Assembly: GCF_000485595.1 (NCBI RefSeq)
Contig: NW_014577064.1
Coordinates: forward strand, 517,022-566,108
Direction: 5' to 3'
DNA: 49,087 nucleotides
Source of the DNA: Priapulus caudatus
Lineage: Eukaryota
The notes under the pieces are model-generated. The model ran no database searches, had not been told where the DNA came from, and saw only the letters and a list, made by a program, of their open reading frames with translations. Of this stretch, positions 35,801 through 48,100 are shown piece after piece; the first letter of the stretch is position 1; the number at the start of each line of letters is the position of its first letter. The translations under genes were made by a program, and so were the position numbers.

Positions 35801-38800
35801 TTTCATGCATTTCAATCTACAGTCAACTTTTATATATGGGAAAGTAGTTAAAGTTTGCGAGCTTGTGACTGGGTGAAGGAACTTCAGCTGGTAAACAGTA
35901 GCCACAGCTGCTAATGATTTCGGTGACTTACGGCTACCACATGCTGAGAGACTAGGTCCTGCACATGTGAGATTGATTTGAGCTGTTTTGGGAGTAGTGA
36001 CCAACAGTGGTAGAACAGAAGCATTGCACAGCGATAGAGTGGGCGATTACATACTACTCTGCGGTAGTTTGGTGCCACTGCTGCAAATATTGTTGCATGA
36101 TGGTTCAGATCCAAGAAGCTAAGTGTTTGCTTTAAAATGCGTGGTCACACAAATATCTCGCGATACAGGAGTCCCTGACCTAGCGCGCAGACTCCGTGTC
36201 TGGATCATTACCAAAACCATGAACTGTGCATACATCATTCCAAGAGAAGCATGGAGTTAGGAGAAAAAGACCGCAGGGATGGATAGTGACAATGATACAT
36301 TTTTGTAACAGTAAAAACCTTCACAATACGTAGACATGAAGTTCCATTTTATCATCGATGTTCGGCCAGCAGCTCTAGCCTTTATGATAGAATTACTTAA
36401 AAAAAATTAATATGGTTAACTAATTACCCTCCAGAGCATTGCTAATTACGGATAACTCAGATAAACGAGAAACAAGTAGAGATGCATACCTGTGTCTGGG
36501 TACAAAATTCGTGTTACGGTTTGAATTTTTAAGCATGGCAGTGCCACGTTGAACCTGTAAAAATGTAAACTGTAAATATGTGAAAGCTTTGCTACGATGA
36601 AGAAGTAATATTATACAAATTCTACTACACGAATCTGTATTTAGTGAATTCTGCCTGTTGGTGGTCGTGCTATAGGAAAGGGATTTCGATACACCAACGT
36701 ACATGAACATTTTAGAAACGTTTTTAGGAACGCACAAACAGCATCTATTATTAGCATTAGCTGTTATTGGCAAACATTTGCTAATTACTTATTCTTCCTC
36801 AGAACACTGTAGCTGCACCATATAATTACAAATGTATGTAGATGCGTGTTGTAATTGTACTGAATACAAATGAAGTTGCTCAGAACCAAACAGAAGAGTG
36901 AACATGCAGTAGCACGATGAGAAAACTCGAACGAGAGATGCACGAACGATCATGCAGAATGAGAAAACTAGCACGCTGCAGTAGTTGATGTGTTTCCTGC
37001 TTGCGGCGTGTTGGGTAGCAGCAGTTTGGGGTAGCAGCAGCAGTAGCAGTAGTTTTGGGTAGCAGCAGCAATAGGGATGGTCTACATCTGTGTAAGCCTT
37101 GCTACGCGTGACCACGCTCTGAAGGAAAAACACGTTGTTATGAAATGTGATATTGCAAGCATTGTTCTTACTCATTGGCTTGTTTCATGGGTTGTTATTT
37201 TGAAGTTATTTTTGATTTTGGGGTATAAGTTGTAGTGGTGTGCAATCAAGATTTATAGAGAAGGAATCTGTTCATCATTTACCGAATTCATATTGCTACA
37301 ATCGCACCAGTATAAAATGTCACGATCTAGGTTACTTGCTTGATAGAGGTATGCAGTCATCTCACTTAGCAAGTAGTGACTGCTGGAGGGAAATTAGTTG
37401 TGAATTATAATGAAATTGTGAGGCTGTGAATGCAGCAGATCGTACATTTTTGTGAAAGAATATATGTTAGATGAGTGCTCAAGTAACCTACCATGTAGGT
37501 AGAGGCACTATGGGGAGGCTAAACATCACGTGTTGCCTTGCTGTGCTGTGAGGAAGAAGCTCACCAGTTTTTCTCAGCTTTCCGCCATCTCTTCTTATCC
37601 GTCTCCTCATTCCCCTTCTTCATCTATTACTTTCAACTAACTGCATAAAAAGTCATCATCAGATGTTTTGCGATAGAGCACGCACCGTTTTTGCTTTTCC
37701 TTATTTTAGGCATTTGTGAAAAATTCTTGTCAGCCAGGTTTTGCTTTATTTTCAGAACTGTATAGGGATCATCTACACAGTGTACATAGAGAACATGCCC
37801 ATACAGCTGGAGACGTTGGTCGGCAACATCCTTGGCTGCATTCAAGTCCCTTCCCCAGGTATGAACAGAGTAATTATGAGAGTTAATACCACCATTGATG
37901 ATTCGTTACGTGAGCAACTCCTTGGTTAATCTGACCTTGATCTCAGTCACATTACCTTATTCTGATCTAGATCCGAATCAAATGATTTAATAATGACCAC
38001 AATCACAGTCGCATGACTTCATATTGACCTTGATTACTATCACATGACTTCATGTTGACATTGATCACTATCACGTGACATTGTTCTTGAGGGCAACACA
38101 ACAGCAATGAACCAATCTGGCTTAGTGAGGTAACCATACTCCCTTGGACATTGTTTCTAAATCCGTAAAGCTACACCCCTTTGTAAACGTTTTCCATGCA
38201 TGCATTCAAAATAGTTAACTTTGGAGCTTTTCGTTTCTAAGCGGCTTTTTAAAATTTACCCTATATTGCTTGTCGGTCACTCCAGGCAGAGAAGTCATTT
38301 GCTCCTCATCCTCGATATTTGGAATATCAGAGCAGGTTTATTGGTAATGAAGGTGTACATTGCAGTAGGCTACTTTCAGTCAACTCCCAATCAGTGTTAG
38401 CACAGTGTGTCCCAGGTCAGTGAAGCTCAAGAGGTCGTTGTCGTATCAGGTACTACAGATATGTACCCGAGGTACATATATGAATACACAAAGTGTACCA
38501 GACAGTCCAGACTTGTACTACAGAAGTGTACCCTAACCCTAACACTAACCCTAACCCTACCCCTAACCCTAACCCTATCCCTAACCCTAACCCTAAACAT
38601 ACCTCATATAAAAATATAAACATAATACTAAACAACCTAAAACTACCTCCTAATTATATAAAAATATAAACATAATACTAAACAACCTAAAACTACCTCG
38701 GGTACATATCTGTAGTACCTGATACGACAACGACCCCATCTGCGTCAGTGAACTGTACAGCGCAAATGCCATCTGGATGATGCAGTCTTATTATTCATAC

Positions 38801-40802
38801 CCGCGGCCCGCCCTGCTTGTTTGGTATTCAGTTTTGTGTTTCGGCTTGCTTTTCTCGCAACAAACCGAGTTGAGATGTTATGTTACTATATTTACGAGAC
38901 TGAATGAGAAGCTTGAGTGGCATGAAGAGCTGCACTAGTCAGCTGTACGTAACTCTGCCTGGCTTATTGAAAGGCAATACTTCTCCATGACATCGTTTTA
39001 TATGGGAAAAAAATGAAGCCATGTGTTGTTTTCTTGCAGAAATGATGAGAATGGAAATGCTGATGTTAAACTGGTATTATGATGCTGACGAGGATGTTGT
39101 TAATGATAATGATGGTAAACGTGATAACATGCAGACTTATCTGGCTTTGCAGGCGGCCCACAAGTTCGCTTTAGCATCGGTGCTGGTGATCGGCAGGCAC
39201 TCCAGCCACCACTGTCATCTAGTCTCCCTGTTACGCATACATCCGTGTACACGTTTTTTCATCAGATGGGTGAGTAAATACTGTCAATGTTAGAGACAGC
39301 ATTTGTGAGGGCAAATTTCGATTGCAAACGAATATTATAATAGTCCAGAGAAGAATTAATGCAGAAAAAAAATTAAGTTTGTCACTATTTAACAGATTTT
39401 TGCCGGTGGCAAGTATATTGTATGTTTATGCAGTTTATTAAGCGGTGCATTGTGACTGAGAGGTGGTTTTGACCTTTTTGTAGGTCATTGTGACTGAGAG
39501 GTGGTTTTGACCTTTTTGTAGGTCCTTGCTCATATTTAATCAGTAATAAATTAAGAGTCATATATTTTGATAAAGTATCAGTAAGATAATCATAGGGAAT
39601 GAAATCTGCAAGTATAGCAGGGAAGAAGAACATAAGAATTCATAAGTTAAGAGATGATAAATTGAAAATAACATAGTGACAAAGATAGACAATGTGCGAA
39701 TATAACAGGAAAAGTTTCATGTGCATCGTATATTCATAGGTATCCACAACTCGCTGACATTGCTGTCAGCAATACTGTCGGATCACAAGGTGCTGTTCTT
39801 GTCAGAGAGCTACTCAAGACTAACAGATGCGAGCCATGCCCTTGTCTCGCTCTGCTTTCCACTTAAGTACAGGTATCAGAAGCTTTCCTTAGATTTCATT
39901 TTGGTCCTGTCAGATTTAGCCTATGGGTTTACAGGAGTTGGGAGTGAGATTAGGACATAAAAGAGAGAGAGAGAGAGAGAGGGGTGAAGTATCATGTCTG
40001 AATAAATTGCTTTGCACATTTTATTGGCTCTACACTATTCAGCCGCTGAAGCATCATGTTTTGGAGTAGGCGCGGTATCGACTGCATTAGCAATGAGTGN
40101 NNNNNNNNNNNNNNNNNNNNNNNNNNNNNNNNNNNNNNNNNNNNNNNNNNNNNNNNNNNNNNNNNNNNNNNNNNNNNNNNNNNNNNNNNNNNNNNNNNNN
40201 NNNNNNNNNNNNNNNNNNNNNNNNNNNNNNNNNNNNNNNNNNNNNNNNNNNNNNNNNNNNNNNNNNNNNNNNNNNNNNNNNNNNNNNNNNNNNNNNNNNN
40301 NNNNNNNNNNNNNNNNNNNNNNNNNNNNNNNNNNNNNNNNNNNNNNNNNNNNNNNNNNNNNNNNNNNNNNNNNNNNNNNNNNNNNNNNNNNNNNNNNNNN
40401 NNNNNNNNNNNNNNNNNNNNNNNNNNNNNNNNNNNNNNNNNNNNNNNNNNNNNNNNNNNNNNNNNNNNNNNNNNNNNNNNNNNNNNNNNNNNNNNNNNNN
40501 NNNNNNNNNNNNNNNNNNNNNNNNNNNNNNNNNNNNNNNNNNNNNNNNNNNNNNNNNNNNNNNNNNNNNNNNNNNNNNNNNNNNNNNNNNNNNNNNNNNN
40601 NNNNNNNNNNNNNNNNNNNNNNNNNNNNNNNNNNNNNNNNNNNNNNNNNNNNNNNNNNNNNNNNNNNNNNNNNNNNNNNNNNNNNNNNNNNNNNNNNNNN
40701 NNNNNNNNNNNNNNNNNNNNNNNNNNNNNNNNNNNNNNNNNNNNNNNNNNNNNNNNNNNNNNNNNNNNNNNNNNNNNNNNNNNNNNNNNNNNNNNNNNNN
40801 NN

Positions 40803-40865
<63 letters not shown>

Positions 40866-42107
40866 GGTGAAGTATCATGTCTGAATAAATTGCTTTGCAC
40901 ATTTTATTGGCTCTACACTATTCAGCCGCTGAAGCATCATGTTTTGGAGTAGGCGCGGTATCGACTGCATTAGCAATGAGTGATATACAGACATTATAAC
41001 TCAAAGGCAAAACATCTTGCTTAATGCCGCACTATGCGCATCCAAACGCTAATTTCTCCAGTACTAGACTAGCAAATACTTCGTGTCATGCAGAATCATA
41101 CTACCTTATGACAAAATAAACTCTAGTTCCGCCCATTTCACTGCGCAATGTCTTATAAAAGGCATTTAAAAATACCTCCAATGTTGTTCAAATTCTCCGA
41201 TGTTGTTGACACTTTCGCGTTGCTCTGCCAAGCAACCGTGCAGCGGTGCTGCGGTACAGCGGTACGGGTGTAGCAAAGATAAAAATATGTGACGTCACCT
41301 AACCGATTTTTGGCGAAATTGTTTGGCAAACAATTTAGCGTTGGCGCCAGATTACCAGATTTCGCACCTCTTTCTTGTGGGTTTTAAGCAAACGCGCACT
41401 GAAATGGGAGGAACTAGAGTTTATTTTGCCATAAGGTAGTGTGATTATGCATAACAAGAAGTATTTGCTAGTCTAGTACTGGAAAAATTAGCGCTTGGAT
41501 GCGCATAGCGCGGCTTTAACATTCTTGTTTCTGTCATTGCGATGTGCACGAGGCATCACCGTGGTAACGCCGCGTATGCGTGTCTGCCTTCAGCTATGTG
41601 TATATTCCGCTGCTGCCGGCCGCACTGCTCGAGGTTCTAAGCACACCGACGCCGTTCATCATGGGTGTTCACTCATCACTGAAGAATGACATTGCAGACA
41701 TGGTGAGAATCCATCACCCTCAGCACACACACCGGCCTCCCACCATCCTGATATAAAATACCCGGCCACTCCCAGACATCATGCCTCTCCCTCCCACCCG
41801 CTTTCTACCAAACATCCACCAACCTCCAGATGTCATGCAGCCTCCTATCATTCTGACTGGATACCCCTTCCCGTCCTCCGGATGGTATACCCCCTATCAA
41901 TTCATGATGTCAAGCCTAACTCCTGCCCTTGGGGATTCTCCACCACCCCACCCCACCCCAGCCATGATTGTTTGCAAAAAAGTGGGAGTGTGATATCCTG
42001 AAAGCCATTTTATGCATGTTGATACTACATGGATTGATGGCTGGTGTTATGAGAGTGATATTAATTATTATTTATCAAGTGTAATAAGACATAATAGTAA
42101 TAATAAT

Positions 42108-42147
<40 letters not shown>

Positions 42148-45100
42148 CATAATCCAGTTCTGATTCAACATATTGTTTCATGTGAGTCCTCATTGATTCA
42201 TATGGATCCGCTAGTAATGTAGTATTTTTCACCTATCTATATTTTTTTCTATGACTGTGTTTGATTATTTAGATTAGATTCAACTTAGCTTATATATAAA
42301 ATCTCTTGATCGTAGCATATTAGTAGCAATCTAATATATTAGATTGCTACTAATATGCTATGATCAAGAGATTTTGTAGAGTTGTAATTGGCTGTGAATC
42401 TTTGCTGCACAGCTGGATGTGATTGTTGCGGATCTGGATGGCGGCAGCATAAGCCTTCCTGAGCACATCACTGCACCGAAGATCCCAGACCCTGCCTACT
42501 CCAGATCTCTTCGCTCACTTTTCACTGTGAGTATAGTCGTGCTAATGGAGGGGCAATGTTGAGAAAGAATAGTCGAGTTGATGTGTAGCGGAGAGACAAA
42601 CAGACAGACAGATGCAGCTGGCTGAATGAATGAACCGACCAATGGACAGACAGGCGGGCAGGCGGTCAGGCTAGCGAGCGGGCGCACAGATGGATGGACA
42701 GACAGGCAGACAGAAATAGAGACACACAGATAGACATGCAGACAGGCAGACAGACAGGCATGCATGCAGACAGACAGACAGGCAGGCATGCATGCAGGCA
42801 GACAGACAGACAGATAGACAGACAAAGTCACAGACACACAGACACACAGGCACATAGACAAACATAGGATATACAATTAAGTTTAGTTAAGGAACGCTAT
42901 CCGTGGCATTTGGACACGCTTTCTCAATTATCATCTGTGTTACTGTGTTACTAGGTGTTACATCCAGATTTGCAGATTGCTGACTATGCATTTCCATCAT
43001 CCCACGTGCGAGCTACCACTCCAACTATGCTGGTAACTACATACATAACTAGAGCACTCGGAGAGTACAGACCTCCGCCAAGGCAGCTGAATTCTCTCAA
43101 TGTTAAATTTTTTATTAATTAATTAATTAATTAAATGGAAAAATTAATTAATTAATTAATTAAGTGGAAAAATTAATTAATTAATTAATTAAATAATTAA
43201 TTNNNNNNNNNNNNNNNNNNNNNNNNNNNNNNNNNNNNNNNNNNNNNNNNNNNNNNNNNNNNNNNNNNNNNNNNNNNNNNNNNNNNNNNNNNNNNNNNNN
43301 NNNNNNNNNNNNNNNNNNNNNNNNNNNNNNNNNNNNNNNNNNNNNNNNNNNNNNNNNNNNNNNNNNNNNNNNNNNNNNNNNNNNNNNNNNNNNNNNNNNN
43401 NNNNNNNNNNNNNNNNNNNNNNNNNNNNNNNNNNNNNNNNNNNNNNNNNNNNNNNNNNNNNNNNNNNNNNNNNNNNNNNNNNNNNNNNNNNNNNNNNNNN
43501 NNNNNNNNNNNNNNNNNNNNNNNNNNNNNNNNNNNNNNNNNNNNNNNNNNNNNNNNNNNNNNNNNNNNNNNNNNNNNNNNNNNNNNNNNNNNNNNNNNNN
43601 NNNNNNNNNNNNNNNNNNNNNNNNNNNNNNNNNNNNNNNNNNNNNNNNNNNNNNNNNNNNNNNNNNNNNNNNNNNNNNTGGTTGCCCCTTAGCCTGTGGT
43701 TGCGTGTTTGTAAGTCTACCGCCAGCGCACCTAGCGGAAGTGAACTGAAACGTGCATGGTAACACACAAACACACAAACCAACACTCAAAGACACGCCGG
43801 TGAAAACATAACCTCCGCCAAGCCCCTGGCGGAGGTAACAATAGCATATGTAGAAAAGCAAGTTTGTGTAGTCTCCGCTGGATCAGTAATTATGCACATC
43901 AATACTTACTTTACTCGGTGTTATCCTGGTATAGCACAGGTTTCTACTGGATGATATCTGATGGGGTAGGAATTAAATGCTCTACTGTAGAGAATAAAGG
44001 ATTTGACAATGGGAAAGCACACGTATGCAGTAGCCGGTGTTGCGAGCCGGCAATAAATCGTTTCACTACTTCTGCTGAACGTTTGCATTTTGTGATGAGA
44101 TATTTCTATGCTAGCGTAGAGTTGCTAAGCATGCCTTCCAAAATATGAATAGTGTTTAAAAACGGGCATAGAATTTGGGTCATTTTGCAAAGGTTAACCA
44201 GTTTGACTGATAAGATCTATTGTACAGTAGTGAAAAGCTAATGATCGGCTAAGTGTTCTCTCCACACCAATTTATATTTCATTTTTTTACTTTTTCAGGA
44301 CAAGGAGATCAGAGCTGTGTTCTTGCGTATGTTCGCAGAACTGTTGCTTGGCTATCGATCCTGTCTCACTGTCATACGTATCCATCCAGAACCCTTCATC
44401 ACGTTCCACAAGGTGACAGTGCCACTCATTCGTTAACTTAAAGACGGGTGTGTGTGACTAGCACAGGGGTGCGCCCCGCCCACTGGTCACACACCCATGA
44501 TAGTTCACCTTCACCACCAGCACTCCCAGGCCTATGCATGCTACATGAATAGATCATGTATTTGCCGCAGGCCATTACTAAATGGTTTCTAGTTTGCTGT
44601 AACTTTTTTTGCGATCTTGTCTTGACAGTAAAGTAGAAAACCTCCCGTTCGTTTCCCTGTTGGCTCCACACAGCAGCTAGTAGTGGTGGTGCATGAGCGG
44701 TAATCGCTACCGTGTCACCTACTAATGATTTGTGTCTGACTCTCTGCTTGCAGGCAATGTTCCTCGGTCACAGAGGTATGGTGGAGGATGAGTTCATGAA
44801 CAAGGTGCTTGACAGCATGTCGTTCAACACGTTTGTCAGCGAGCGCGGACCACCGTACAAAACACTCGACATGTTGGATGAGGTGAGGACCATCAACGCC
44901 AGAGAACCGAGTTCTCCGTCTGGCATCACTGAAGTGACGCTCTTACCAATCATCGTTGAGATGAGACGTTCTAAAGACAATGCATGGCAACAGGGTGCAG
45001 TTCAAATGATGTTTTGGCGTGCACATATGTAAAATCACATACAAACAGGGTTTAATTGACCAACCTAGCAACAATATCGAAGAGCGGAGAAATCTCATTC

Positions 45101-48100
45101 AGACGGATAAGTCACTTCCACTTTGGTAGTGGGTGAAATAATTCTGCAATGGAAGTGGATCAGGGATTCAAAGATTCGGAATCTAATCACTTTTTGATTT
45201 GAGGTAGTGACATTCTCATAGCTAATCAGTCGATCAGGATAGCGTAGGTCAAACAGACAACAAAACAATTCAAACCAAACTTAAAAAGCGTCTATGCGAG
45301 TATAATATTACTATAAAATTATTAAAAATATCTGAATGCATTTATTGTACAATTTAAAAGTAGAGCAGAAATCAATCTGTTTATTACTGGCTATGTATGT
45401 GTAACAAAGTATAAATTCATCCAGGTTTCATGTTCTCTTCCCGATACCCAATTTGTACTCAACAATAATGAAATTCTGATATAAGCAAGCGGAAATGATT
45501 ATAAGAGTTTGTATAGAGTATGCATTATATAAAGTTTATATAGAGTTACAGTTTGCGGTGAAATTTAACACTATTGTTGCACATTGTTACAGCTGTACGC
45601 GTCGATTGAGAGAATGCTGAGGGAGGAGGAGGAGAACCCTGATCGGATGCTCAAGAATGTGCACGAACTAGCGCAGCAGCTTTACATCAACGTGAGTCGA
45701 TGATGCTCGTTAGCTCGTTATGCTCGTTAGCCTCCTAATTGCGTGGACGTCAGAGCGAAGCGCATCACTGGTGGCAATCGATGGGTTGATGAATGGGGGG
45801 ATGAGTGATGTATAGTGAGAGATGCTACCTGACCTTTAGCTCTTCTTCTGTTTTTAGCTCACCTTGACATCGTCAAGATGAGCTATTGCCATGGGGCTTC
45901 GTCCGTCGTACGTCCGTCCGTCCGTCGTACGTTCGTCCATCCGTCCGTCCGTCCGTCAACATTTGGCTACGGTCAACGATAACTCGAGAACCGTTTGACC
46001 CACATGTTTCAAATTGCATACAGTTGTTACTCCTATGGGAGAGATTTGAACGTCCTATTTTGGAGCACGCCAGTTGACCTCCTTTCGAGCCACGCCCACT
46101 TTTTGGCAAAAATGAAAATGGCCATCTAGATTCATTCGATTTTGTTAAATTTACCTACCTACCTACCTACCTACCTACCTACCTACCCACCCACCTACCT
46201 ACCTACTTACCTACCTACCTAAGCATACCTACATGTAATATTGTGTTTTAGATTCTTCGTTACAGTAATTTGACTGGAATATTTTATTGCTTTTATTTGC
46301 GCGATAATCGAAAACCAAAATGGCGATCATTTAGGCATAGCGCCATCTCTCGCCCAGATTTCAGAACCCTGAAACAAAACAGTGAAATTTCTATTAGTAT
46401 AAAACAGGGAATAAGGACATTTGATCACATTTCGGTCCGTCATAAATGAAACGCTTACCAAATTTTAAATATCATTTCCCTCTTCTATCACACCCAAGGT
46501 GAGCTACAGTGTCATTGACACTTTCATTTCTATCTGGAACTTGGGCTGCCCAGTGAAAGAGGTTATAAAGTAGGCATGAAATAAATTATATGGCATAATC
46601 CTCTGATTCCTCAGTGTAATAAACTAACAGGTGCTTTTCCAAACTTTGCGTATAAAGTCAGAATAAAAGGTAGCCAAACTGTTTCTTATTAAATCCATCG
46701 CAGACATTTATGGTAATAAATTCCCAATTTCCATGAGTGGTAATAGAATGACTTCTTTATGTACAGGAGAATCCGAATCCACAGCCTTACGTGCAGAAGA
46801 TTCCACGGCCAACAGAGGGCTCTCACCTTCGCATCCATCAACCGATGTTCCCCGTCATCGACTGGGTTCAGGTGCGTTGTCAGGGTAACGGTGTATGTTC
46901 TCTCTTGTGCTCAGCCTCATGTATGCCACTTTGCACCCGCTTATCGCCAAATGTCGCCGCCACTAGGTTCAGGATATCGTCGACGAGGGCGTGTCGAAGC
47001 AGAACATCAAGTCACGGTTGAATCAGGCGCGGCCGCAGCAGCTGAAGATGGTGCCGATGGGACCAGACATCGTGGCGATCGGTCAGCGCCAGATGGCGGT
47101 CGACAGCAGTACTAGACGGCTCGAGGTGCTGCGAAACTGTGTTAACTGCATCTTCGAAAACAAGATCGCGGATGCGCGGAAGGTACGTGCACTGACACCC
47201 ATTACGATGATGCTTGCCGAGCGATCGCTGTCGAGTCACAGGCATTTTCGAGGGGCCAAGCATGCCTTCTACATCGAAACCGAGTTGATTAATGTCATGC
47301 CGTTTGTGTGAACGTGTTCATATCTGCAGTCTGCCAGAATCTGATGCATTTTCAAAAGTTGTTCAACTAAAATTGTCGTCAATTCTTTTGAAGTCGAGCA
47401 GTCCCCATTGCTTAGGTGCATCCACAGGGTGGTTGCTAGCAGGCTTCTATTGACAAGAGATATGCTGTGGTCACACCTTAGGAAAGACTGTTGTCGTTGT
47501 CAGGCCTGTTGTCTGAACATATTCCAGGGTTGGCAAACTTTTGTGACTCGATTGAGTAATGTGATGACAACAGAGTAACAAGGCAATATGATGATCTATA
47601 CTTACTCTAGGCTATTTTCATCTACTAGGCTTTTATTTGATTTTTCTCCAATATACCTGGGGAGCAGCTTCCCCCACATCCCCGTGGGACTTTAACCTGC
47701 TTAGGCCCATTGCTCAGCCTAATGGTGGCTTATGTGGGTGACGCGTTATAGACGTTCCCGGCGGTGCTGAGGACTCTGAAGAGTAAGACGGCGCGTCTGG
47801 CGTTGACGCACGAGTTTGCGTTGCATGTGCAGAGCAACCGTGCCATGCTCGAACACCAGCAGTTTGATCTCGTCGTGAGGCTCATCAACTGCGCTCTGCA
47901 GGTAAGTGCCGCATGCGAGGGCAGGCACCGGGAGAATGTAGCGCAAATCCACTTTAGGCACCCAAGGTATCACGAAGTGATGCACAGACTTTCCGTATAT
48001 CAATGAATACCTAAATATTTTCCTAAGTCATAAAGTATAACCTTAGGTATCACGAAGTGTGTTAGGATTAGGGTTAGGGTTAGGGTTTTTGCATCATTTC

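Noticed and set aside
38531..38596. Telomere or chromosome-fusion relic
   Set aside because: The tract is short and enclosed in a TIR element with a TSD.
39981..40982. Identical 119-bp segments at 39981-40099 and 40864-40982
   Set aside because: Both follow (GA)n and flank a gap; probably two alleles or overlapping contig ends.
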